Notes under the pieces: generated by a model
What the model was told of the DNA's origin: nothing
Seen by the model: the letters and a program-made list of their open reading frames with translations, nothing else
The model's database searches: none
From: Chiloscyllium plagiosum
Lineage: Eukaryota
Assembly: GCF_004010195.1 (NCBI RefSeq)
Contig: NC_057750.1
Span: forward strand, 15,370,537-15,434,536
Length of the DNA: 64,000 nt
Direction: 5' to 3'
Shown here: piece by piece, positions 13,753 to 26,201 of the stretch
Position numbering within the stretch: the stretch's first letter is position 1
Layout: each line of letters starts with the position of its first letter
Made by a program: the position numbers and the translations under genes

Positions 13753-13964
13753 TAATAACACACAAATTCTCTTGACTCTCTTCAAAAGTGCCATGTTTAC
13801 ATATTACCCAATTCACTAAACACCGCATTGGTATAGCACAAGTGACAGCTGCTCGGCTCACCACAACCCTTATATGCACCTGCAACTAGCATTATCCAAA
13901 CCCCCAGGTTAACTATCTACCGTACACATGCACTTCCACAAGTATGTCAAAAACGCTACTAAAA

Positions 13965-14464
13965 NNNNNNNNNNNNNNNNNNNNNNNNNNNNNNNNNNNN
14001 NNNNNNNNNNNNNNNNNNNNNNNNNNNNNNNNNNNNNNNNNNNNNNNNNNNNNNNNNNNNNNNNNNNNNNNNNNNNNNNNNNNNNNNNNNNNNNNNNNNN
14101 NNNNNNNNNNNNNNNNNNNNNNNNNNNNNNNNNNNNNNNNNNNNNNNNNNNNNNNNNNNNNNNNNNNNNNNNNNNNNNNNNNNNNNNNNNNNNNNNNNNN
14201 NNNNNNNNNNNNNNNNNNNNNNNNNNNNNNNNNNNNNNNNNNNNNNNNNNNNNNNNNNNNNNNNNNNNNNNNNNNNNNNNNNNNNNNNNNNNNNNNNNNN
14301 NNNNNNNNNNNNNNNNNNNNNNNNNNNNNNNNNNNNNNNNNNNNNNNNNNNNNNNNNNNNNNNNNNNNNNNNNNNNNNNNNNNNNNNNNNNNNNNNNNNN
14401 NNNNNNNNNNNNNNNNNNNNNNNNNNNNNNNNNNNNNNNNNNNNNNNNNNNNNNNNNNNNNNNN
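13965..14464. other. Assembly gap (500 N)
   Basis: Run of N. Confidence 1.
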
Positions 14465-14692
14465 TTCAATTCCCGCCTCAGGTGACTCTCTGTTTGGAGT
14501 TTGCACATTCTGCTTGGGTTTCCTCCCACAATCAAAAAATGTGCCGGTTCGGTGAATTGGCCATGCTAAATTTTCCATAGTGCTAGGTGAAGGGGTAAAT
14601 GTACGGGAATGTCTGGGTGGGTTGCGCTTCAGCGGGTTGGTGTGGACTTGTTGGGCCGAAGGGCCTGTTTCCATGCTGTAAGTAATCTAATC
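14465..14692 (+). mobile_element. HE1-type SINE (5' end in gap)
   Basis: ttcaattcccgcctcagg...ggtgaattggccatgctaaatt...gggccgaagggcctgtttcc...taatctaatcta tail. Confidence 0.85.
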
Positions 14693-15195
14693 TATATAAC
14701 CAGACCACATGACATTATTGGTCACTGTGGGCATCCTACCAGTGAAAGAAATCTCTTGACACATCATCATCTAAAAGAAAGTTTTGCATTTATATGGATA
14801 CAGATACTGTTACCACATTTCAAAAACATTTGGAGAGGTAGATAAATGGGAAGGTTTAGAAGGATATGGGCCAAATACACGCAAATGGGACTAGTTTACT
14901 TTGGGAAACCGAAGGGTCTGTTTCCATGCAGTATGACTCTGACTCTATGTAGCGCCTGTTGTAAGCATTGGACATCCCACAGCACTTTAAAGCGAATGAA
15001 GTATTTTGAAGTGGTGAAAACACAGCAGCCAATTTGTACAATAATAAAGTCTCGTAAGCTTCACTGTGATAATGACCACAATGGCAGCGATGTTGGCTGA
15101 GAGATCTTCATTGACCAGAGTACTCACAGATTTCCCCTCCTTCCTTTCATATAGTGAGGTATGGGGACAAGACATGAATGTGTGCATACAATTCC

Positions 15196-15650
15196 TGAAG
15201 CTGGTTAGATTAGATTACTTACAGTGTGGAAACGGGCCATTCGGCCCAACAAGTCCACACTGACCCGCCAAAGCGCAACCCACCCATTCACCTAACACTA
15301 CAGGCAATTTAGCATGGCCAATTCACCTGACCTGTACATCTTTTGAAGCTGGTTAGATTAGATTACTTACAGTGTGGAAACAGGCCATTCAGCCCAACAA
15401 GTCCACACTGACCCGCCGAAGCGCAACCCACCCATTCACCCCTTTACCTAACACTACAGGCAATTTAGCACGGCCAATTCACCTGACCTGTACATCTTTG
15501 GACTGTGGGAGGAAACCGGAGCACCCGGAGGAAACCCACGCAGGCACGGGGAGAATGTGCAAACTCCACACAGTCAGTTGCCTGAGTCGGGAATTGAACC
15601 CGGGTCTCTGGCGAGGTGAGGAATCTGTGCTAGCTACTGTGCCGCCCACC
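15196..15650 (-). mobile_element. Full HE1-type SINE (15353-15650) plus a duplicated 3' portion (15205-15343)
   Basis: Two copies of tgaagctggttagattagattacttacagtgtggaaac at 15196 and 15344. Confidence 0.9.
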
Positions 15651-16339
15651 ACTTGGTAGAGCAAGTTAAAGAGGCATACAAGGGCTTTTGCCCGAAACGT
15701 CGATTTTGCTGCTTGTCGGATGCTGCCTGAATTGCTGTGCTCTTCCAGCACCACTGATCCAGAATCTGGTTTCCAGCATCTGCAGTCATTGTTTTCTTCC
15801 CATACAGGAACCAGCGTTTTATATTAGAGGCATAAAGTACAAAAGCAAAGACATTATGGCGAGCCTTTATGAAAAATAGCTTTTGGCATAACTGGAATAT
15901 TATTTCCAGTTCTGTGCATCATATTTTATGAAACATGAAGGCTTTGAAAAGATGCAGAAAAGATTTACAAAAATAGATGGTGTGCTGAGAAATTTGAGTT
16001 ATGTGAATAGATTGAAGCCAATGTTGTTAGTTGGGTCTGGCGCTGGCAGCAGCGAAGCAGTGGCAGGAGGACATCATAGCAGCATTGAGGTGGGCCCAGC
16101 AACGAGAGAAATGATTCTGATATTGGCGGGTCTGGCACAGGCAGAGGCAAGGCAGTGATGGAGGAGAATTGGCCCAGCAGCGAAAAATGGCACCTGAAGA
16201 GTGGCAACTTCAATATTAGTTGAGTCTGGTGTAGACAGCAGCAAGGTGGTGGACGAGGACTGACAACACAGGTATCCTTGATGATGGGCAGGCTTGGACT
16301 GATGGACTGTCTTTGAGCTATATCGTTGTTTCTTTGAGT

Positions 16340-17085
16340 CAAAGAATCATAGAGACGTATATATGGAAACAGTCCTTTTGTTCCAACTCTTCCATGCCAA
16401 CCAGACATCTTAAGTTAATCTAGTCCATTTACCAGCATTTGGCTCCTATCCCCCGAATTTCTTCCAAAGGTAAATCCATCCAAATACTTTCAAAAGTTGT
16501 AATTATAACAGGTTCCACCACTTTCTCTGGCAGCTCATGCCATACATGTACCAACCTCTGTGTGAAAATGTTGCCCCTTAGGTGCCTTTTATAACTTTTC
16601 CTTCTCACCTTAAATGTATGTCCTCTAGTTTTGGGTTCCACTAACCCGGGGACAAAACCTTGTCTATTGATCCTATATCTGCCCCTCATGATTTTATAAA
16701 CTTCTATAAGGTTACCCCTTAGTTTCTGGCGTTGTAGGGAAAATAACCCCAGGCAATTCAGCCTCTCCCTATGGCTCAAACCCTCCAACCCTGGCAACTT
16801 CTTTGAAAATCTTTTCTGAACTTGTCAAGTTTCAAAACATGCTTCCTATAGCAGGGAGACCAGAATTGAATGCAATATTCCAAAAGTGGCCTAAAAAATG
16901 TCCTGTACAGCCGCGGCAAGACCTCCAAACTCTTGTACTCGATGAACTGACCAATAAAGGCAAGCGTACTAAATGCCTTCTTCACTATCCTATCTACCTG
17001 TGATTCTGCTTTCAAAGAACTATGAACCTGCACTCCAAGGTCTCTCTGTTCAGCAACACTCCCCACGGCCTTACCATTAAGTTTT
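16340..17085 (-). mobile_element. CR1 LINE 3' fragment
   Basis: RDLGVQVHSSLK, RPLLEYCIQFWSP, LGLFSLQRQKLRGNLIEVYKIM translations. Confidence 0.9.
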
Positions 17086-19629
17086 AAAACTAATCAAAAT
17101 GATGCAGGATCATGGTGACAGTGGAAAAACTTTTCACTGTATTTTACTCACTGCAAAAGAAATGTGACAATAAAATTATTCATTCATTCATAAATGGCAC
17201 ATATCAGAACTGCTAGCTTGTTATCACAGTGCTCGCTCACATATCACCTACCTAGATGCTCACAGAATCCCTCCTTGCTTTGCCAATCAGTACAATCTGA
17301 GAAAGGGTCACCAGATCCAAAACATTAACCCTGATTCCTCTTCACAGATGCTGCCAGACCTGTTGAGTTTTTCCAGTAACTTCTGTTCTTGTGTACAATC
17401 ACACAACCAGGCAGCTCTGAAGACGGTCACTAGACTCAAAATGTTAACAGTGCTTTGTCTCCACAGATACTGCCAGCCCTCCTGAGTTTCTCCAGCAATT
17501 TTTGTTTTAGTTTCAGGCAGCTTACCTTGTTGGCAGCAGTTGGCAGTCAAAGGGGATGCACATTTTGCTGTACAGCAGGGGACCATGTCAATCTCAAACC
17601 TGCAGTGTGTCCTGGAAACACAAAACTGTGCAGCAAGCAAGCTGCCATGTCTCACAGTCTTCATCGTGTGGTCCTCACCAAAGTCCTCACTTCTCAGTCA
17701 GTGATTCCTGGCACAGTAAGTCAAGGAGCAGTCTCCAGGAGCAGATCAGGAGATTGACCACAGTCAGGTGTCCACTTGGATGGATCTCAATCTGGGAGTC
17801 AATGCCTTTGCAGTCCAGGAAGTGTCTCACAGTTAATCCTGTAGCTCCATTGCAACTAGTTTTAGGGACAGAGGGTGAACACAGTTATGGGGGAATGTAC
17901 GGTCATCAGCCAGGGATCTAGATGGGTCACAAAAGGTGGTAGGCAACAATCCGTCCATCAGGATTGTTCACAGAAACTGAGGGGATAAATGAGTGGTGAG
18001 GAGGACAAGGTGGGGGTCACTGCCACAGGAAGGACTCAGGAACCTATTCATTGGGATTGGGGTGCCTCAGTCTAGGAAAGGAGGAATAACTGTTGTGAAA
18101 GGGGATAACTACATTTGTAAAGGTCGGGGTGGGGGTGTGGATATGGTAAACCTTGGATGGGACCAGGGAAATGTGAGGGGAGGGTTTGTGCACAGTCAGA
18201 AGCATCCTGGCTTCAAGGGGAAGGCAGGTTATGACCATACCCAGAATGATCATCTCAAAAGCCAGGGGCTCAGGAGGTGGGCGGAAGATGAAGGCTCATG
18301 TGCATGTGTTCTTTGGAAACTTGGGGACTATGTGAAGACTATGGGGTTCACGGGAAGAGATATCAGATTGGAGATATGGATGTTTGGGCCTCACAGAGAC
18401 TGAGGCTCGAAGCCATTGTTCACCGAGTGTTCTTTGTCACCTTGTATCATGTTAGGTTTCAAAATTATGCAATGGAAAAGAAAATAGTTGTGACCACACT
18501 CAGGTTGGGTGGGACAAGTGTGAGGGAATAGGCTGCAAGATACACCAATGTGAGACCTTTAAGTAGAAACAACATTACACGCAGACCCACGTGCTGTAAA
18601 GGATACAGACCTGCTTGGTCCCAAATCCTTGGCAATCCTAATGAATTGACTCCCTGTGTGCTGTGTGCTACCCCAGATATCACTGAACACCTCATTCACA
18701 CCATCACTTTTGGCAATAGATGCCAGAGAAAGAATATGAATGTTTTAGCAAAGGGGCAATAATGTCGGCACAATCCTTAGTCCTATTGACACCTTGTTCA
18801 TCTTGCCTCTATAGACTGCGGCAGGCTCTTGACACAAACATCAATCATGATGCACTCTAGATGGGCCTCATGCTGGTCCAATTACATTCAGAGCTGCATG
18901 TAGAATCAACTAAACAGTTGCTCAAAGCCAATCAGATTTAAATGAATGTGATACTTATACGCAGTGCCCTTAAAGCACCCATGCCACCAATGTGCCCTCA
19001 AAAGGCTTTTTCTTTCTTTCCCTCCCTCTATGTCTTAGTGTTGTCCCTGGTTCCACACCTGGGTGGAGCCAGTGGAACTCATTGGCCCTGAACACTTTTT
19101 GGGGTGCAAGTGGCAATTGGACAGCCCTGACCTTGCTGAGGATCTTTTTTGCTGGAGGATAGCGGACTGTCCTTGGCTTCAACTTCGAAGGATTAGGGGC
19201 GGAGTTTAGACAGGATGGGCCCTGCCATCTCTTGAGTATCCTGAGAGAAGAATTCTGAGGAGCCAATGTATGGTTCCTCCTCCAGCTGTGTGGCACTACC
19301 CTGTCCCCTTGTGAAGAAGGGCCAACTGGATTGCGGGCGTATATCAGTTTGCCACTCCTGTTCTTGAACAAGCATGTGGACAAAGTCCCTGCTTGCCGAC
19401 ACTACTGGATCCTCTGTTGAGCAGGTTTCTGGTCTCTGGCAATCCCCCAAGTGCCAGCACCCTGGGGTATTTCTTCCTTTACCAGTTGAAAGGCTGTCAT
19501 AGTGAGGTGCTCACCAGCTCATGCTCCCAAACTTTCTACGGCTGACGTTCCCACCAGGGTTTCAGTTCTGAGCTGATAGGAGGTGCAGGAGGGAGCATTG
19601 CCAATGAGTTAGGCCCCAATACTCTTGAT

Positions 19630-19948
19630 CTCAGGAAAATAGCCAACATAATCAAAGATCACTCCCACCCTGGTTATACTCTCTCACACCCTCTTCTATC
19701 AGACAGAAGATAGAAAAATTTGAAAACACATACCAACGGATTCAAGAACAGCTTCTTCCCAGCTGTTATCAGACTTATGAATGGACTTCTCATATATTAG
19801 AGTTGATTTTTCTCTGCGCCTTCTGTGGAGCTATAATACTCTAGTCTGCTGATATAGTTAGGTAAGGTATGGTTTATCTGGATAGCACACTAAACAATAA
19901 TTTTCACTATATCTAGGTACAGTGACAATAATAAATCAAATCAAATCA
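19630..19948 (+). mobile_element. Rex1/Babar-type LINE 3' end
   Basis: aacataatcaaaga...ttcaagaacagcttcttccc...aataaatcaaatcaaatca tail. Confidence 0.7.
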
Positions 19949-20539
19949 GAGATCGAGAAGGTGTCTTCTGGCAGAACCAGCCATTTCTCCATTGAGATAG
20001 ACATCCTATTGATACTCACAAGACACATGGGAGAAATGATGTTGTGGTCAATGGTTTGAAGTGGTGTGCAACGTGAGAATTGCAGTCAAATGAAGATTGA
20101 TATTCATTTGGATTGGTAGGATGTGGATATCTCTGCATCCCCACGAGAAGGACTCTACAGTTCCCCTGCGAGGGTCAGGATTTTCACCTTGTGAAGTGCC
20201 TAATGTTGGACACCGCTGCAACTGTGCCCTGTTATGGGGTGTCTCCTTCTGGAATGAGAGAAAGAGAGTGATTGAGTGAGATCCCAGTGAGTGGTGCAGC
20301 TGTTAGTGCTGTTGTAAGTAATTGAAAGGTAGTGAGGTGTTCTGAGGCAGTTAGTATTCAGCACAGAGGCCTTGCAAGATTAATGGTTTGGGAGTTTGGC
20401 GAGGGAAGGGGTGAGAGTGCTTAGTGAAGGAAGATGTTGCAGGCAACCGTGATATTGGTAGAGAATGAACTTCAGTGGGAGGTGTATGCAGTAGCAGAGA
20501 TACAGTGAGTGTGAGGCAGGAGAGAGCAGAATGTGGTGC

Positions 20540-20790
20540 TTATCCTGGTGCAGCACAGGCCATTAGCCTTCCTGCAGCACTGCTGGCAGTTCCTCTGCCC
20601 CTTGAGACTGCACTAACCTGGTGATAATCTCAGACTAGGCTCCCAGGCGCTAGAATTATGGCCTGCTCTGTCGGTTCCCTGAGATGAGGACATTCCCCTC
20701 CCCTTCTGCACCACCCTCTCCACTAGGTCCCAATCGGAGAATTGTGACACCACCTTCTCGACTGACTGTTCATCACCGAGCAGGGCGGCT
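20540..20790 (-). pseudogene. Decayed Myb/SANT-like DNA-binding ORF of a PIF/Harbinger transposon
   Basis: Frameshifted minus-strand translation EKVVSQFSDWDLVERVVQK...QVSAVS...RNCQQCCRKANGL resembles the Harbinger Myb/SANT pattern (F-D-DL...VSAVS...R--QQCRKK-NDL). Confidence 0.55.
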
Positions 20791-21099
20791 TCAGAAAGAC
20801 AATGCTTGTCAAAGTGCACAGCAACCTTTTCAAATATGGTACAGGAGGAAGCATTGCTGGTGTTTCTGTGAGTATCCACTGGGTGGCGAGTTGTTTTGGG
20901 AATGGTGCACAGCAAGATGGAATCAGATGAGGGAGATGTCTCGGGTCTGGGTGGGTAGTTTAATGGGGTGACAAATCTTACTATGCTTCATGGCAAAAAC
21001 CCCTCCAGATAATCTCAACACAACTGACACTTAGTCAAAGAAACATAAGCTTCAGCCCTCAGTTTTAATTTATTTTTTGAGTTCTGAGAGTGGTTCCTG

Positions 21100-21692
21100 G
21101 GTCTGGAAAGACTGCTTTGTTGTTGCAGTTATACAAGGGCCTTGATGAGGCCATACCTAGAAAATTGTTAGCAGTTTTGGAATCCTTTTCTAAGGAAGGG
21201 TGCTCTTGCTCTCGAAGGAATGCAGCGAAGGTTTACCAGGCTGATCCCGGAGACTGATGAATGAGGAGACATTGACTAGACTAGGATTGTTTTCACTGGA
21301 GTTCAGACGAATGAGGGGGGATCTCATAGAATCTTATAAAATTCTAACAGGAGTGGACAGGGTAGATGCAGGGAGGATGTTCCCAAACAAGGGGTCACAG
21401 TCTGAGGATTCAGAATGGACCATTTAGGACGGAGATGAGGAGACATTTCTTCACCCAAAGAACAGTGAGCCTATGGAAATCATTACCACGGGAAGCAGTT
21501 GATGCCAAAACATTGAATGTATTCAAGAGGCAGCTAGATATAGCTCTTGGGATGATTGGGTCCAAAGGTTATGGGGAGAAAGCAGGATTAGGCTATTGAA
21601 TTAACTGATCAGCCATGACCGTGATGAATGGCAGAGCAGGCTCAAAGGGCTGAATGGCCTCCTCCTGCTCCTATCTTCTATGTTTCTATGTT
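21100..21692 (+). mobile_element. CR1 LINE 3' fragment
   Basis: TRGHSLRI...FRTEMRRHFFTQR translation. Tail gggctgaatggcctcctcctgctcctat...tatgtttctatg. Confidence 0.85.
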
Positions 21693-22230
21693 TCCCTGCA
21701 CTTGAATCAAGCTTTAAAAAACCCTTGAGTGAAAATCAAAAGCTTTAAAAACAGTGCAGGTGAGAGAGAAAAAAAGGTACTCTTGCCAAGCAGCAAGGTT
21801 TGCTATGATGCAAAGTGGCAGAGACAGGCAAAGGCGACATTAGAAAGGCAGGACCTCCAGAAGGTCAGTGAGTGGGAAGGTTTCTTTCAGAGAAACAAGC
21901 AGGTCATTCAGAGAGGAAGAGGTCTTTAACATCAGCAGTGCAGTTTAGCAGCTGAAAAGAAGTGGAGTAAGTGACCTGTTTTGGCAATTTGTTTAAGCGT
22001 CTTATGAAGTGATGTTAACTAAAGAAGATAGCATCGAAAAAATGCGTAGGCTTGCTGGAAAGAAATCAAGTGCAGCCATGCCAACTGAACAAGGAACTTA
22101 ACTGAACCTTCTCTGATGTTTGAGTATCTGTAGGGTTGTTGTTCAGCGTTGAATCTTTATTGCTGATATTTATAATAAGTGCCTTTCAAAGAATTGCATA
22201 GTGTAAAGTAATAATTACATAGTATAAAGT

Positions 22231-22525
22231 GGGTGGCACAGTGGTTAAGCACTGCTGCCTCATAGCACTCAGGACATGGACTCGATTCCAGCATCGGACG
22301 ACTTATCTGTGTGGAGGTTGCACATTCTCCCCATATCTGTTTGGGTTTCCCACCACAGTCCAGAGATGTGCAGGTTAGGTGGATGCTAATTTATCCCATA
22401 GTGTCCAGACATGTACAGGCTAGGTGGATTTGCCATGGTAATTGTGGGGTTACAGGGATAGAGTGGGGTTGTGTGCTCTTTGGAAGGCCGGTGCAAACTA
22501 AGTGGGCTGAATGGTCTCTATCTGT
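22231..22525 (+). mobile_element. HE1-type SINE, diverged
   Basis: gggtggcacagtggttaagcactgctgcctca head. Confidence 0.75.
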
Positions 22526-24229
22526 GTTTTTTTTTCTTTTGATGTTTTCTCTTAATTTTTTTAAGTACTTCAGCAGCCTCTCAGTGACTGACTACCACAG
22601 TGGCCAAATTGCAAAACCTAAGCTTCTGGTCAACCAAGCCAGGTTGCATTCTGAAATCTGACTTGTCCAATATTATAATCAGCTGGGATTAGGATGCCAT
22701 CAGTTCTCCGAAATGGAATAAAATGGTTTGCAAACTTACGACAAAATGGAAGCATCTGAGATAGAGAATTCCAAAGATTCACACCCCATGGGTGAAGAAA
22801 TACTACCTCATCTCAGTGCTCAATGTTCCAGAACACCCCCACTCCCAGCCAGTGGAAACCTCTTTCCTACATCTACGTTTGATAATTCTGATAAGAATTT
22901 TGAGATCAACTTTCAATCCCCATAGAATATAGACTCAGTCTGTTTGATCTTTCTTCCTAGGAAGTATTTTGGTGAACCTTCATTACACTCCCTCTATGTC
23001 AAGTTTATCTTTCCCCAGGCAAACTGTACATAATATTCCAGGCTGATCAGGATTATAGTTGTGTAAGACCTTTTTACTTCAATTCTCAACTCCTCTTGCA
23101 ATAAAGGCCATCATATAATATGCCTTCTTACTTATTTACTTCCTGTCTGTGGTAGTTACGTAAGCCTGGCGGTGGTCAGTTTAGTTTTAGCACAGCAATG
23201 ACGGACTTTTGAGTTTATCTTGGCTGTACTCACGCTGAAGGGTAGTTAATCTTTGTTAGGGAGATTGAAATATAGTGAGGACTGTCACATAGCCTTGCTT
23301 AACTCTGGTCCAGATTTTGAAGGTATTGGTTTCAGATCTCCCCACTTAAACCAGTTGCAGTCACATCATTGTGAAGCAGTTACCGGATTGCAAAGTATCT
23401 TGGACATCCCAGTCCCCCAAGTTCAATCCGCCAAATCTTGCAATTCACTGAGTCAGTTGCTTTGGTCAGGTCGGTGAACGCAGAGTTCCTGGTGTTGCTC
23501 TCAATATTTTTTCTTGCATTATTGTGGTAGAAAAGATCATGTTAAGAGATTACTCACTAGGCCACAGGGAAGATTTCCTCAGCGACAGGAAGTAGCTAAT
23601 TCATGAGAATGTGAGCCAGGATTTTCCCTGCTGTGAACAAGAGAGACATACATATCCCTGCTTGGAGATAGTTACAATGATCACATTCCTGAAGTCAGCG
23701 GTGAGTTTTTTTCGGTCCCAAATCCAAAGGATAATTGCATGGTATCTTGATGTGACCAGACCTGGAAAGAAATAGAAATGGGGTCATAGGCAAAATGATG
23801 CAGGAGGCCCCATTGTCACAGGAGCGAGGAGGAACCCTCTGACTCAGAGGGGGAAGGATGAGATAACCTCTACAAAGTTCATGGGTGTCTCTAATCAATC
23901 TGCCGATGTAGCAGTTGAGTGTGAGTGTCCTTGATAACAGGCCATGGCCTAACCAGCTGCAACTCGTCGCCTGAGCCCTTTATAAAGCAGACTCAATAAA
24001 AATAAATAAAATCAAAATAAAACAGGCCCAGTTTGTGAGTGATAACACTTCCAGACATTTAATAAAAGAGAATAAAGCAGACCCCCAGTGTAAGTTTCTG
24101 TTTGGCTGCACAGGTGATTTCCCGGTGCTGTTGAATGGTTGAAGAAAACATTCACAGTGATTTAGTGGTGGGAAAGCCATTTGGTTGTATGTGATTAACA
24201 CTTCGAGGTATAAAATTTAAAAATCAGCT

Positions 24230-25360
24230 CCAGGAGGAACCTTATGGCACCGCAGTAGTTGTGCCTATCTCTGAGCCAAAGACCTGGGTTCAAGCCCCAT
24301 CTGCCACAGAGGTGTGTCATAACAAGGGGCAGCACAGTGGCTCAGTGGTTAGTACTGCTGCCTCACAGCACCAGGGTGCCAGGTTCAATTCCAGCCTTGG
24401 GTGACTATCTGTGTGGGGTTTGCACATTCTCCCCGTGTCTGCGTGGGTTTCCTCCAGGTGCTCCGGTTTCCCCCGGTTTCACCTGCAGGTCAGGTGGATT
24501 GGCCATGCTAAATTGCCCATAGTGTTAGGTGCATTAGTCAGAGGGAAATGGGTCTGGATGGATTTCTCTTCGGAGGGTTGGTGTGGACTTGTTGGGCCGA
24601 AGGGCCTATTTCCACACTGTATGGAATCTAAAAAAAAAATCTCCAAAGATATCGATTAGGAAAAATCCATCAAGCAGACCCAGGAGCTGCTCTGGTGCAG
24701 CGATTATGTTCCTACTTCTGAGACAGAAGGGCCAAGTTCAAGTCCCATCTACAACCGAGCTGCGTAATAACATCCCTAAACAGGTCGATTAGGAAAAGAT
24801 CTAAATTTAAAAGAGGAGGGGCTCTTGTGACTCAGTGATAGCGTACATACCACTGGGCCAGAAATCCTGGGCTCATGTTCCATCATTCCATCTGAACTGG
24901 TTGATTTAAAAAAAACAAAGTCTATAACAAAAGAAGCCTTATTAAGGCCAAGTTGAAGAAGAAAGAAAAAGCAGAGGATGGTGGTGGCCAGTGATGTCGT
25001 AGTGTCATCATTGGGCCAAGCTGCTGAACAAGAGAAGTGGCATCGTATCCCACCTTGACAGATGATCAAATTTGCATTTAATAATCTACACGTAATGGGT
25101 GAAATGACAAATTTTTGGTCTGTTATGGTACAATGGTAATGTTCCTTCTAGGAGACCTGGGTTCAAGTCCCATCTGCTCTGGACATATAAGGAGACATGT
25201 TCATTGAAATAGCTGTTAAGCAGACCCAGAGGGACCTTGTGATGCAGTGGTAGTGCCCCTGTTTCTGAGTCAGGAGGTCTAGGATGAAGTCTCACCTGCT
25301 CCAGAGGTGTGTATAATAGCATATTTGCACAGTTTGATAAGAAATAAAAAGCAGACCCTG
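24230..25360 (+). repeat. Tandem array of diverged ~110-125 bp tRNA-like units, with an HE1 SINE inserted at 24326-24630
   Basis: Repeated gtggtgcagtggtagtg..cct..tctgag..ag.ag.cctgggttcaagtccca.ctgct..aga units at ~24240, 24675, 24820, 25120, 25220. Confidence 0.7.
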
Positions 25361-26201
25361 CAGTGGTCGTGTGCAACCACTGATTGTGGCAATTCACAGA
25401 CTCCCAGCCCAATTGTTTATTTTGGAGTCGTGTGGAGGTGGTGAGTCACATGTATATTGGTTGTGGGCAATTGCACTCTTTTTTTAGTTATTTGAGAAAT
25501 GTGTTATGTTTGATTTGATTTGATTTGATTTGATTTGACTTATTATTGTCATATGTACCAAGATACAGTGAAAAGCATTGTTTTGTGTGTAATCCAGGCA
25601 AATTATACCTTACATAAATACACCAGGCTAATAGAACAGAATATAATGTTACAGTTACAGAGAGGGTGCAGAGAAAGATCAATTCTAATATACGAGACTC
25701 TAATATATCTGTTCATAAGTCTGATAAAAATAGGGAAAAAGCTGTTCTTCAATCTTTTGGTACATGTTTTCAGACTTATGCATCATCTGCCCGAAAGAAG
25801 AGAGTGGAAGAGAGTATAACTGGGGTGGGAGAGGTCTTTGATTATGTTGGCTGCTTTCCTGAGTCAGTGGGATGTATAGATGGAGCCAATGGAAGGAAGG
25901 CTGGTTTCCGTGATGGACTGGGCTATATTCACAACTCTCTGTAATTTCTTGTAGTCTTGGGGAGAGCAGTTGCCATACCATGCTGTGATGTATCCAGATA
26001 CAATGCTTTCTATGGTGATCTATAAAAATTGCTAAGAGTGATTGGGGACATGCCACATTTCCTCAGTCCTTCTGCTACAGTAGAAACATTGGTATACTTT
26101 CTTGACTGGAGCATTGATATGGATGGACTAGAACAAATTGTTGGTGACATTAATTTCTAGGAACTTGAAGCTCTTGACTAACTCCACCTTAGCACCATTG
26201 A

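Noticed and set aside
13909..14674. Long ORFs spanning N runs (also 26270-26981)
   Set aside because: Artefacts of assembly gaps.
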